This document shows positions 35,087 through 46,200 of a DNA stretch of 64,000 nucleotides, piece by piece (the first letter of the stretch is position 1; each line of letters starts with the position of its first letter). Made by a program: the position numbers and the translations under genes. The notes beneath the pieces were generated by a model. It saw only the letters and a list, made by a program, of their open reading frames with translations. It was not told where the DNA came from and made no database searches. Location of the stretch: positions 1 to 64,000 of IMG/VR virus record IMGVR_UViG_3300023184_000034; one strand, 5' to 3'. The stretch is from a virus.

Positions 35087-37531
35087 ATGTCATTTCCCAG
35101 CCTTGATAATTTATCAAGAACAATTGATTCAGCAACCACTGGCTTATCAAAAAGTGTGTCGGGTGTCAGCTCAATGGTCACTGGAGCAGCAAGTTCATTA
35201 TCAGCTGGCATCGGCGGAATCACCGGCATCGGCGGAGCAATATCTGGCATCAATGGTGTGTTATCAGGCATCGGCGGAGCAATAACTGGCATCGGCGGAG
35301 CTGTTAACGGATTGCTCAGTGCATTTGGTACTGCATTTACCCCGCTACCAGAACAGGCATTGCCTTTAAAAAATCCATTATTTGAATACGCCAGCTACGA
35401 TTACGTCTTGGGACTTGCTTGCTTAACTAATGATCAATTAAATTCCCCGGACACTGGCTACATGTCAGGCGCAATACCTTATCAAATTATTGCCAAGGAC
35501 GCAAATTCAGATCCAAAGAACCGAGTGAAAATAGCATATGGATCTTTTGATTATTTTTTAGACAAATTAGAAATTGACAGCACAATCGGCTTGCAAAAAG
35601 GAGCCAACACAAACATGCACAAGCTGACTTTTAATGTGACTGAGCCATACAGCATGGGAACTTTCATGATGAGTTTGCAACAAGCGGCTTGGAATGCTGG
35701 CCACGACAATTATTTACAAGCCCCGTACTTACTCACTATAGAGTTTCGAGGCGCAAAAGAAAACGGTGTGATGGCAAATATACCAAACACAGCTAGACGA
35801 ATACCTTTTAAATTCAAAGACGTGTCCATGACTGTGACAGAAGCTGGCGCTGTTTATCAATGTGAAGGATTCCCGTGGAGCAGTGCAGCTCTCAGCGCAC
35901 ATGTATCGGGCATTAAAAACGATGCCAGTGTAAAAGGCACCACTGTGCAAGAAGTATTACAAACTGGAGAGAAAAGTTTGCAAGTGGTCATGAACAAACG
36001 ATTGCAACAACTCAAGACCAACGGCGAAGTTAGTACTCCTGATCAAATTGTAATTTTATTTCCCACTGATGTGAGCTCCAAAGGAGCCGGCGGCAAAAGT
36101 GGAGATACTGAGGAGAAATCCAGTGCCACAACACAAACTGATGTGACGTCTGTTACTGATGTTGCAAAAAAATTAGGTCTAAGTAAAAGTACTATTCCTG
36201 CAAACACCACCTTGGTACAGGATTCTGCCAATGTGAATGCCATAGGCAAAGCCAAGATGGGATTTAGCGAGACCAGAAAAGGTGATGCTCCAGTTGGCAA
36301 AGACCAAAAAGTTGTTGTGAAGGGCAATGTGATACGCGGCAACAACACAATTGATCCGCAAACAAGTGATTTGAGATTTGCACAAGATACTGATATCACA
36401 GCAGCAATTGATACTGTGTTGTTAAACAGTGATTATGCAACTGCACAGTTGGAAGAACAAAATGTAGATGACAAAGGTCAACGCAAGTGGTGGCGCATTG
36501 ATACACAGGTGTACAACATAACCGATAATTCAAATCAGAAAAAGAGCGGAGATATACCTCGTGTGATTGTTTACCGTATAGTACCTTACGGAGTGCTAAC
36601 AGATAAAACTACAGCAGTCAACACTAAGACATCTGGTTTAAAAAATCTTGAAAAAGAAGTCATTAAAGAATACAATTATATCTACACTGGGAAAAATGTA
36701 GATGTGATAACGTTTAATATTGAAGTAAAAACTGGTTTTGCTGGCAGGATGGGAGCCACTAGCCTCAAGCAAACCATAGACAGTCAACGTCAAGCAGCAG
36801 CCAGCGGGGCAGAAAGCACAGACAAAAACAATGTAGATGTACTGGATGACGGCAAGAACCCAGAGAAAAAATTAGGTGTTCAACCTCAAAAAGTGAATTT
36901 CTCAGCCACATCATTTGGTAAAAATCAAGGCGGTGGCGGCATTGGCACAGAATCAACTGTTGCAGCACAACAGTTCCATGATGCAATTACCAGCTCTGCC
37001 AGCATGATGGCATTGGATATGAAAATTATTGGCGACCCATATTGGATTGCACAAAGCGGCATGGGAAATTACACAGCAATGCCATCACAATATCAAAATT
37101 TAAATACTGATGGCACTGTCAATTATCAAAACGGTCAAGTTCATATCACTGTGAATTTTAGAAGCCCAGTTGATATTAATCAAAGTACTGGATTATATGA
37201 CTTTGGAAAATACGCTGGAAATTCAGTACCATTGTTACAATGGAGTGGGTTGTATCAAGTTACTAAATGCATCAGTAATTTTGACGGCGGCAACTTTACA
37301 CAAAAATTAACAGGCCCTCGAGTGGACGGCCAAGAGCAATCTGGAGAAGGCAGTGCTAAGAACGCATCAAACGTGTCCAAAGGTGAAAACACTGTGCCAC
37401 AAGCCACGCCATCATATAGCCCTACGCAAACATTTGACGATGGCTCGTCAATACAAACAATGGATGACGGATCTACTCTGATAACTGATTCTGATGGTAA
37501 TGTCACATCCACACCAGCTCCTGAATCTTAA
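35087..37531 (+). CDS. Baseplate hub-like protein (814 aa; start moved to the ATG at 35087)
   Basis: Between gp53 and gp5; FNVTEPYSMG, DMKIIGDPYW and SGLYQVTKCISNFDGGNFTQKL are gp27/GpD-like hub motifs. Confidence 0.7.
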   Translation: MSFPSLDNLSRTIDSATTGLSKSVSGVSSMVTGAASSLSAGIGGITGIGGAISGINGVLSGIGGAITGIGGAVNGLLSAFGTAFTPLPEQALPLKNPLFEYASYDYVLGLACLTNDQLNSPDTGYMSGAIPYQIIAKDANSDPKNRVKIAYGSFDYFLDKLEIDSTIGLQKGANTNMHKLTFNVTEPYSMGTFMMSLQQAAWNAGHDNYLQAPYLLTIEFRGAKENGVMANIPNTARRIPFKFKDVSMTVTEAGAVYQCEGFPWSSAALSAHVSGIKNDASVKGTTVQEVLQTGEKSLQVVMNKRLQQLKTNGEVSTPDQIVILFPTDVSSKGAGGKSGDTEEKSSATTQTDVTSVTDVAKKLGLSKSTIPANTTLVQDSANVNAIGKAKMGFSETRKGDAPVGKDQKVVVKGNVIRGNNTIDPQTSDLRFAQDTDITAAIDTVLLNSDYATAQLEEQNVDDKGQRKWWRIDTQVYNITDNSNQKKSGDIPRVIVYRIVPYGVLTDKTTAVNTKTSGLKNLEKEVIKEYNYIYTGKNVDVITFNIEVKTGFAGRMGATSLKQTIDSQRQAAASGAESTDKNNVDVLDDGKNPEKKLGVQPQKVNFSATSFGKNQGGGGIGTESTVAAQQFHDAITSSASMMALDMKIIGDPYWIAQSGMGNYTAMPSQYQNLNTDGTVNYQNGQVHITVNFRSPVDINQSTGLYDFGKYAGNSVPLLQWSGLYQVTKCISNFDGGNFTQKLTGPRVDGQEQSGEGSAKNASNVSKGENTVPQATPSYSPTQTFDDGSSIQTMDDGSTLITDSDGNVTSTPAPES

Positions 37532-37580
37532 AATAGAAGAGATACACGCAAGTAACATGGGCAATTGCAAAGGATAACAA

Positions 37581-39332
37581 ATGTCAAACACTGATAATGA
37601 ATTTGAAGAATATAGTACGCAACCCACCGACCCCAAGCCAGGCCCTTTCCTGGCCAGAGTTGTCAGCAACTTTGACCCAACTTACATGGGAATACTAGAA
37701 GTTGAAATCTTAAGATCAGTTGGCGGCACCAACAGCGAAACTCAACTTCATCAAGTAAAATACATGACTCCGTTTTACGGTGTTACCAGTGAAAAGTACG
37801 CTGGTAAAAATGATGATTATGCAGACACACAAAAATCGTATGGCATGTGGATGGTACCACCTGACCTCGGTGTAACTGTGGTTGTGATTTTTATTGACGG
37901 GGATCCAAAGCGAGGTTATTGGATGGGTTGTGTACCAGATGAAAATATGAATTTCATGATACCTGGAAATGCTGCAACTGAAAATGTAGTGGAAGATGTT
38001 GAATCAGATAATAATGGTGTGCTTGGCCGAGTTCCCACAGCCGAATACAATAAAAAATTAGAAGGTAATAACGAACCTGGCGATCCGGAAAAGAATTTAA
38101 AACCACAACACCCGTTTACAAAAGTTTTAGAACATCAGGGATTGTTGTTTGATGATGTTCGTGGAATCACAACCAGCAGTTCTAGAAGGGAAAGTCCCAG
38201 CAATGTGTTTGGTATCAGTACACCTGGTCCTTTGGATAAAAAATCCGGCGCAAAGAAATTTAAAACTGGCAAAGCTGAATGGTTGGCTGACACATATGTT
38301 AATAGATTGGGCGGCAGCTCCTTTGTCATGGACGACGGCGATGCCAACTGGCTGCGTAAAAAAACAGCATCAATGGGCCCACCTGATTATGCCAGCATTG
38401 ACGCTGAAGAAACAGACGGCGATGTTGAACTACCAGCTAATGAATTAATTAGATTGCGCACACGCACAGGCCATCAGATACTGATGCATAACACAGAAGA
38501 TCTAATTTATATAGGAAATTCTCGTGGCACAACGTGGATTGAACTAACCAGTGATGGTAAGATAGATATTTTTGCACAAGACAGTATCAGTGTTCGTACA
38601 CAAACTGATTTAAATTTTTATGCTGACCGAGATATCAACATGGAATGTGGCAGAAATTTTAACACAAAAGTCCGCGGTGAAAAACATACTCATGTGATTG
38701 AAGATCATATTTTAGTTGTTGACGGCAATCAAAAAATACAGATTAAAAAAGATGTAAACAAAACTTACGAAAAAAATTACAAACATCGTGTAAAACTACA
38801 AGTAGATAAATGGTATGACACATCGCATTTACACAAAATAGGCGGCGATTTTGACCTCAATATTGGTGGTCATAATTTTCAAACATCAAGGGGGTCAAAC
38901 GAAACTAAAGCTGGCGGTAACATAGTAGAAACTGCGCCGGCAATCCATATGAACGGCCCCGAAGCAACCGAAGCATCCCCAGCAAGCAAAGCAGCATTGC
39001 CCTCTCGTTTAAAATTACATAAGTTATCAGACGAATCGGGAGAGTTTGTAGAGGATGTTATACCTCCAAGTATCATGCGCCGTGTACCAACTGCTGAGCC
39101 TTATCCATATCATGAAAACTTAGACCCGTTAAAAGTGAAGTCAGAAGAAACTGACAGAGACCTAGACAATAGGTATGAAGATGATGACACGGAGGATGCA
39201 GGCCCAGGAGGTGATGGAAATGTTGGCTACGAACTTGACCCAGACGATCTTTCAGAAACAATGCTTGACCCTGCAGATGCGTGGAAAGTTTACAGTCTTA
39301 CACAAGACACCTTCTTAAAAGGAAGCAATTAA
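37581..39332 (+). CDS. gp5: Baseplate central spike, gp5/VgrG-like (OB-fold plus beta-helix, no lysozyme domain seen)
   Basis: DPTYMGILEV, SYGMWMVPPDLGVTVVVIF, GYWMGCV, RLRTRTGHQILMH, TWIELTSDGKIDIF, APAIHMNGP. Confidence 0.85.
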   Translation: MSNTDNEFEEYSTQPTDPKPGPFLARVVSNFDPTYMGILEVEILRSVGGTNSETQLHQVKYMTPFYGVTSEKYAGKNDDYADTQKSYGMWMVPPDLGVTVVVIFIDGDPKRGYWMGCVPDENMNFMIPGNAATENVVEDVESDNNGVLGRVPTAEYNKKLEGNNEPGDPEKNLKPQHPFTKVLEHQGLLFDDVRGITTSSSRRESPSNVFGISTPGPLDKKSGAKKFKTGKAEWLADTYVNRLGGSSFVMDDGDANWLRKKTASMGPPDYASIDAEETDGDVELPANELIRLRTRTGHQILMHNTEDLIYIGNSRGTTWIELTSDGKIDIFAQDSISVRTQTDLNFYADRDINMECGRNFNTKVRGEKHTHVIEDHILVVDGNQKIQIKKDVNKTYEKNYKHRVKLQVDKWYDTSHLHKIGGDFDLNIGGHNFQTSRGSNETKAGGNIVETAPAIHMNGPEATEASPASKAALPSRLKLHKLSDESGEFVEDVIPPSIMRRVPTAEPYPYHENLDPLKVKSEETDRDLDNRYEDDDTEDAGPGGDGNVGYELDPDDLSETMLDPADAWKVYSLTQDTFLKGSN

Positions 39333-39334
39333 TC

Positions 39335-39766
39335 ATGGCTAATTTATACACAAAAACAGTTGTTGCACAAAACAACAACATACCAGATTTTAAAGTACAA
39401 CGCTATCGCGGATTTAGTACAGTTAGTAGAAAAAGTAAGAATTTTGCATTGTATGATTTTGAATTAATCAAACAAGATATATTAAATCATTTTTACACAA
39501 GGCAAGGAGAGCGACTGATGCAACCTGCGTTTGGCACCATTATCTGGGATTTAATATTTGAACCGTTAACAGACGAAATACAGAATCTGATATTACAAAA
39601 TGTCAATCAGATTTTTAATAGCGATCCACGTGTACAAGCTGGCAATATTTTAATAACACCGTATGAAACTGGTTTGGAAATCAAATGCACTTTGCAATAT
39701 GTGTTGTATAACATACAGGAAAGCATGCAATTAAAATTTGACCAAGCCAACGGCCTAACGACTTAA
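39335..39766 (+). CDS. gp25: Baseplate wedge subunit, gp25-like (start moved to the ATG at 39335)
   Basis: LIKQDILNHFYTRQGERLMQPAFGTIIWDLIFEP...DPRV. Confidence 0.9.
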   Translation: MANLYTKTVVAQNNNIPDFKVQRYRGFSTVSRKSKNFALYDFELIKQDILNHFYTRQGERLMQPAFGTIIWDLIFEPLTDEIQNLILQNVNQIFNSDPRVQAGNILITPYETGLEIKCTLQYVLYNIQESMQLKFDQANGLTT

Positions 39767-39798
39767 TAAACTACGCACATAATTTTATTCGATAAATA
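39766..39798 (+). promoter_or_regulatory. Bipartite late promoter: ATAAACTACGCACATAA-N10-TAAATA
   Basis: Identical 17-mer and spacing as at 33732-33764; upstream of gp6. Confidence 0.65.
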
Positions 39799-39816
39799 CT
39801 GATATTAGGACTTACT

Positions 39817-42800
39817 ATGAGCTCAACGGATCGTCAAAATAACTTATTGATTGCTGAAAACTGGCAAAAAATATACCAATCGTTTAAGAACGCCAACTTC
39901 CAGAGCTACGATTTTAACAATCTTCGACGCACGATGATTGACTATATTCGCACTAATTTTCCTGAAGATTTTAACGATTACATTGAGTCTAGCGAATACC
40001 TTGCCCTTATTGACCTTATTGCGTATGTGGGCCAAAGCATAGCTTTCCGAGTTGACTTGAATGCCCGTGAAAACTTTTTAGAGCTTGCAGAACGCCGAGA
40101 CAGCGTGTTACGTTTGGCACGTATGATCAACTACAATGCTAGCAGAACAGTTGCTGCTAGAGGGTTGTTAAAATTCAACTCAGTACAAACAACAGAGAAT
40201 GTGATTGATTCCAATGGTAGAAATTTGTCAGGACAATTTGTCAGCTGGAATGATCCAAGCAACAACAACTGGTATGACCAATTTATTAAAGTAATCAACG
40301 CTGCATTACCATCAACCCAGCAGTTTGGAAATCCCATTGACTCGGCCACTATTGGCAATATTCCAACAGCTCAATACAGATTTAATGCAGTCAACCGAGA
40401 TGTTCCTGCTTACTATTTCAGCAAAACAATTGCCGGCCGCAACATGAATTTTGAAATTACCAGTACAACATTCAAGGGAAAAAGTTACATATACGAAGAG
40501 CCTCCAAGAGTTGGAAATAAGCCAGCATGTGTTTACCAGGATGACGGCTTTGGCGCTGGCAGTCCCAGTACTGGATTCTTTTTTAATTTTACACAGGGTA
40601 CTTTGAACCAAGGATCTTTCACAGTAACACAGCCAACCAGCAATCAAAGTATAGATATCAACTCACAAAACATTAATGATTCTGATGTTTGGTTATACAG
40701 TTTAGATCAAAGCACCGGCTTAGAAAAATTGTTATGGACACAGGTACCAGCAACCACTGGCAATAATATAATTTATAACAGTTTAAATTCTAATATTAAA
40801 GATATTTACAATGTCATCACCAGAGCAGGCGATGCAATCAGTTTAGCATTCAGCGACGGCACATTTGGTAATTTACCATTGGGTGGATTTAGAGTTTATT
40901 ACAGAGTAAGCAACGGTTTATCTTATACTATCTCTCCATCTGATGTTGTCAATGTGGTTGTTAATATTCCTTATAGAAGTTCTAATAATCAATTAGAAAC
41001 ATTGAGTATCAGTTTAAATCTTGCCACCAGTGTGGCCAATGCAACCACAGCTGAGACAAATGCCAGTGTTAAGATCAATGCTCCTCAAAATTATTATACA
41101 CAAAATCGTATGATAACAGGCGAGGATTATAATATCAGTCCACTGTCCACCAACTTGCAAGTTGCAAAAGTAAAATCATTAAATAGAACCAGTAGCGGCA
41201 TTAGCCGTTATTTTGATTTGCTAGATCCTACTGGAAAATACAGTACCACTAATGTATTTGCAGATGACGGTATACTTTATAAAGACGAATACACTGCTGC
41301 TGTAAATTTTTCTTATATAGTTGAGACTGATATCGAAGGAGTGATATACAATACCCTGTATGATATTTTAGATTCTAATAGTTTAAAGAACTTTTATTAT
41401 GCAAATTTTTTAGATTACTTGAATATTAGTCTTAGTATTTCTTGGTATACTGTAACACTGGATAGTAACTCAGTTAGTGGTTACATTGGTAGTATTTTAG
41501 ATAGTACTCCTTACAAAGTTGGATCATTTACTGCTACTAATTTAAAGTACTTGACTGCGGGATCTTTGGTAAAATTTGTGGCACCCACAGGCAAATACTT
41601 TGACACAAATAATAACAATGCACTTGTGACTGGAACAGCCACATTGCCAGGTTCTGCCAGTTATATTTGGGCGCAAGTTATAAGTGTTGTGGACGACGGC
41701 ACTGGAAATAACACTGGCAAAGTCACAATAAATAATTCCACGTCTGGTCCCATTGTAATGAACAAAGTAATTCCCACAGATGCATTGGCTGTACAAATTA
41801 TTCCTAAATTTGCAATAACATTGACACCGTCAATTATTACCACAATGATTGATTTAATTTCTGCCAATGAAAATTTTGGCCTTCGTTACGATGCAACAAT
41901 TCAAACTTGGCAAATTGTATTTTCTAACAATTTAAATTTAACAAACACATTTAATTTGGCAAATCAAGGAAATCAATCTAATTTACAACTAGATTCCAGC
42001 TGGTTAATTTTGTTCACCACAAATACTGAAATTTATACTATCACTTCTAGAAATCTTCGTTACATATTTGAAAGCGATCAACAATCTGCTTTCTATTTTG
42101 ATACCACAGCAAAAATTTATGATTCAGTCACATCAAAGACCATAACGGACAAAATCAATGTACTCAGTATAAATCCAAAACCCGACGACTCTGTTTCATT
42201 CACACAGGACTTGGGTTGGAAAATAGTATCTGAGTACATTGGCCAAGACGGCTACGTGGATTCTAAAAAAGTAGTTGTGGCATTTCTGGATGCGGAGGGA
42301 ACTGATACACCAAATAATCCTCAGATGTTTTTAGACATTGTAAATCCATCAGTTGAACCTCTTAAAAAGTATATTGTGCAACATCGATATCTGATTTCAG
42401 AAGGACAGGAAGATTACAAATATATTAAAAATGATGCAGATAAAGGTCCGGTAAGGATTAAGCCAACACAAAGCAGTATTGGTAACTTGAGAGACTATCC
42501 TGATGGCACTTATTTTTATGTTGTGAACACTGACACTGTATTTCAGTTGAATCTTTCAGGCGCCACACAATTGACTCCAACATTGGATTATAAAGTGTAT
42601 ATTGGAAGAACTGATTTGAAATTTCAATATATACACAGTGCAGACTACAACTCAAGGATAGATCCTGGCACAAGTAATATAATTGACATTTACGTGTTAA
42701 CATCTAACTATGACACTGCATTCAGACAATGGGTATCTGCTGGTGGCACACAACCGTTGCCACCCAGTAGCGATGAATTAAATACATTACTGTCTCCGAA

Positions 42801-43290
42801 TTTAAATCTAATTAAGTCAATTTCTGATGATATCATATATCACCCAGTCAGTTATACCTTGCTTTTTGGCATCCAAGCAACTCCTGCTTTACAAGCAACA
42901 TTTAATGTCATGATTAATCCCAACTCTGCAGTATCAAACGCAGATGTTCAAGCACGAATTTTAGCTGCAATCAACACTTTCTTTACCTTGGACAACTGGG
43001 ATTTTGGCGACACATTTTACTTTACTGAGCTGAGTACATATGTGATGAATCAACTAGCCCCGGACATTATAAATTTTGCCATAGTTCCAAAACAGCCAGG
43101 GTTGTACTTTGGTAATTTATTTGAAATACAATGCCAAGGCGACAAAATATTTTTAAGTTGTGCCACTACCAACGATATTGTTATTGTCACGAGCTTTACT
43201 AGTACCAATTTAAAAACAATAACTTCTTCGTCAAACAGTGTTACCTCTAACCAAGTAGTAACTAGTTCATCATCCGGAGCATCTTACTAA
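39817..43290 (+). CDS. gp6: Baseplate wedge subunit, gp6-like (1157 aa)
   Basis: YDFNNLR, FNDYIESSEYLALIDLIAY, ENFLELAERRDSVLRLARMINY, FSDGTFG, APQNYYTQNRMITGEDY. Confidence 0.88.
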   Translation: MSSTDRQNNLLIAENWQKIYQSFKNANFQSYDFNNLRRTMIDYIRTNFPEDFNDYIESSEYLALIDLIAYVGQSIAFRVDLNARENFLELAERRDSVLRLARMINYNASRTVAARGLLKFNSVQTTENVIDSNGRNLSGQFVSWNDPSNNNWYDQFIKVINAALPSTQQFGNPIDSATIGNIPTAQYRFNAVNRDVPAYYFSKTIAGRNMNFEITSTTFKGKSYIYEEPPRVGNKPACVYQDDGFGAGSPSTGFFFNFTQGTLNQGSFTVTQPTSNQSIDINSQNINDSDVWLYSLDQSTGLEKLLWTQVPATTGNNIIYNSLNSNIKDIYNVITRAGDAISLAFSDGTFGNLPLGGFRVYYRVSNGLSYTISPSDVVNVVVNIPYRSSNNQLETLSISLNLATSVANATTAETNASVKINAPQNYYTQNRMITGEDYNISPLSTNLQVAKVKSLNRTSSGISRYFDLLDPTGKYSTTNVFADDGILYKDEYTAAVNFSYIVETDIEGVIYNTLYDILDSNSLKNFYYANFLDYLNISLSISWYTVTLDSNSVSGYIGSILDSTPYKVGSFTATNLKYLTAGSLVKFVAPTGKYFDTNNNNALVTGTATLPGSASYIWAQVISVVDDGTGNNTGKVTINNSTSGPIVMNKVIPTDALAVQIIPKFAITLTPSIITTMIDLISANENFGLRYDATIQTWQIVFSNNLNLTNTFNLANQGNQSNLQLDSSWLILFTTNTEIYTITSRNLRYIFESDQQSAFYFDTTAKIYDSVTSKTITDKINVLSINPKPDDSVSFTQDLGWKIVSEYIGQDGYVDSKKVVVAFLDAEGTDTPNNPQMFLDIVNPSVEPLKKYIVQHRYLISEGQEDYKYIKNDADKGPVRIKPTQSSIGNLRDYPDGTYFYVVNTDTVFQLNLSGATQLTPTLDYKVYIGRTDLKFQYIHSADYNSRIDPGTSNIIDIYVLTSNYDTAFRQWVSAGGTQPLPPSSDELNTLLSPNLNLIKSISDDIIYHPVSYTLLFGIQATPALQATFNVMINPNSAVSNADVQARILAAINTFFTLDNWDFGDTFYFTELSTYVMNQLAPDIINFAIVPKQPGLYFGNLFEIQCQGDKIFLSCATTNDIVIVTSFTSTNLKTITSSSNSVTSNQVVTSSSSGASY

Positions 43291-46200
43291 TGGCCACTTC
43301 CAATGTAAACGGCAACAAAGGACTTAGTGCAAACTTACTACCTAAGTTTTATCAAACTCCGTCAAACAAGAAATTTTTACAAAGCACAATAGATCAGTTG
43401 TTTCAACCAGGATCGTTGACAAAAGTCAGTGGTTATGTTGGTAGAGAAAATGCCAAGGCAAGTGTGGGAACAGATTTATATATAGAAGCATCTGACAAAT
43501 TACGACAAGATTATCAATTAGAGCCTGGTGTAACAATTAGAGACACAGTGGGCAATGTTACTTTTTTTAAAGATTACATTGATTATATAAATCAAATCAA
43601 TGTGTTTGGCGGCAACACTGATAATCATACTAGACTTAATAAACAAGAATTTTACAGTTGGAACCCGCACATTGACTGGGACAAGTTTGTTAATTTTCAA
43701 AATTATTACTGGTTGCCATACGGCCCTGATACCATAACAATTTATGGCAAAGAGCGAGTTATTAACAGCACATACACTGTGGAAGTTCAGCGTCAAGGAA
43801 CCAACAACCAATTTGTGTTTACTCCCGACGGACTAACACCTAATCCAGTGTTGAGATTGTATAGAGGAAAAACATACACCTTTAATATCAATAGTCCCAA
43901 CAATCCTTTTAGTTTTAAAACAGCAAGATCTGCAGGCCCAACTGACCGCTATAATTATCAAGGATCGGTTAGTGCCAGTGGTGTCACATCTGGAACAATC
44001 ACATTTACCGTTACTAAACAAACACCTAGTATTTTGTACTACCAAAGTGAAAATGACATTGATCTTGGTGGCGCAATACAAATTTCTGAACTGCTTGAAA
44101 ACACAAGCATTGATGTTGAAGCAGAAATTTTAGGAAAAAAAACAGCCACACTGGACAATGGCATCACATTAAGCAATGGTATGAAATTGTCGTTTGGCGG
44201 CACAGTGTACCCTGAAAGCTATGCCAACGGACAATTCTATGTGGAAGGTGTTGGCACTGCAATTAAATTAATATCAGCGGATATTTTAGAAATTGTCAGC
44301 CCGTACTCTACAAATAATACATTGCCGTTTGATAGCATGCCGTGGGACGTTGAACCGTTTGATGATGCAACTGGATATGCCGGCACAATTGATTATATAA
44401 CTATTAACAGAAGTAGTCGAGATCACAACCCTTGGAGCAGATACAATCGTTGGTTCCATAAAGATGTAATTTCTGCTTCCGCCATATTTAATAATAATAC
44501 TATTAGCTTAGATCAAACAACTCGAGCTATTAGACCAATTATTGAATTCTTTCCAGATATCAAATTACACAACTTGGGAATAACAGCAATACCTGATATT
44601 GACTTAATAGATACATTTACTCAAGATGCGTTTTCGACCATTGAAGGCACTATTGGTTACAATGTTGACAATTTTGATTTATTGCCGGGCATGCTTGTTA
44701 TATTCACTGCAGACCCGGACCCGCTAGTACAAAATAAAATTTACAAAGTTGAATATGTAGACGTTAGAAATTTAAGTAGTGGCAGCAATCAAATACATCT
44801 AGTGGAAATTGCCACACCCACAGTTGGACAAGTTGTGTTAGTACGACAAGGATCAAAGTATAAAAGCAAAATGTTTTGGTTTAACGGCACCACATGGATA
44901 GAAGGACAAACTAAAACAGCCACTAACCAAGCTCCAATGTTTGACATGTTTGACAATGATGGTGTTAGTTTTTCAAATTTGTCCGTGTACACTGGTTCAA
45001 CTTTTGCGGGAACTAAAATATTTTCTTACAAATTAGGAACTACCGGAACAGTTGATCCAAAATTAGGATTTATCTTATCTTATCAAAATGTTAATAACAT
45101 AGGCGATATTGTTTTTAATTTTAATCTAGCAACAGACACATTTGAATATAAAAAAACTTCAATTGTTGAAACACAAAATATCAATATTGGATATTTGTCT
45201 ACACGAGATTACGGCGGCAATTTAACATATTCTAACGGTTGGGAAACTTCTGCTGTAACCAATGTACAAGCTGCTGTGAGAATTTACAAAAATTCAGGTC
45301 GCACCAATAATTTTCCAATTGACATATTTGATGACCCTGGAAATCTATCTGATTTAGTTGTGAAAATTTATGTTAACGGTACACGGTTGGATAGTAAACT
45401 CTGGTCAATTAATAGCACAGCTGCTTATAAAATAGTTAACCTAATAACACCCATCGGCTTAGACGATGTATTGACCATAAGAGCATTTTCTGCTCAGGTT
45501 ATTAATCAAAACGGTTATTACGAAGTTCCTTTGAATTTTCAAAATAATCCGTTAAACGATGTAATGACAAATTTCACCTTGGGTGAAGTGACAGATCACG
45601 TTAACAGTATAATAGATAATCTCCCTACACCTAATACAGATATTCAAAATTTAGGCAATATTACACCATATGGTACAAAATTTGTACAACATAGCGGCCC
45701 ATTGAGTCTTGGCGTTTATCATATTTGTTCAGAATCAAACAATGTGATCAAGGCAGTAGAACAAGCAAGAACAGATTACAACAGCTTCAAACAAAATTTT
45801 ATCAATTCGGCAAGTTCATTAGGAGTTGACGGAGACCCAGTTACATTATTTGAAATGGTGTTGAACAAGTTAAACAACAACAAACCTAGAGTGGCCCCTT
45901 ATTACTTGAGTGACATGGTACCGTACGGTGCAGCTATTTCAACCAGTATCAAAGTAGTTGACTATAGGATTAAAAATTATCCGTTAACCACTGTGTTTTC
46001 TTTAAATAACCTTTCTAACAAGGCCGTGGGAATCTATCTCAACGGAGTACAATTAGTTCACGGCCAAGATTATAACTTCGATGTGTCGGGTTTTGTATCC
46101 ATTGATCCGTCTGTTAATCTTGCCAACGGCAACACAATCAAAACAGTTGAATACGAAAATACTGACGGCAGTTTTGTCCCAGCAACACCAACTAAACTAG

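Noticed and set aside
20393-39334. ORF-track start positions 20734, 35015 and 39281 (also 16433)
   Set aside because: They overlap upstream genes or a terminator; downstream ATGs at 20635, 35087, 39335 and 16406 fit gene packing and promoter positions better
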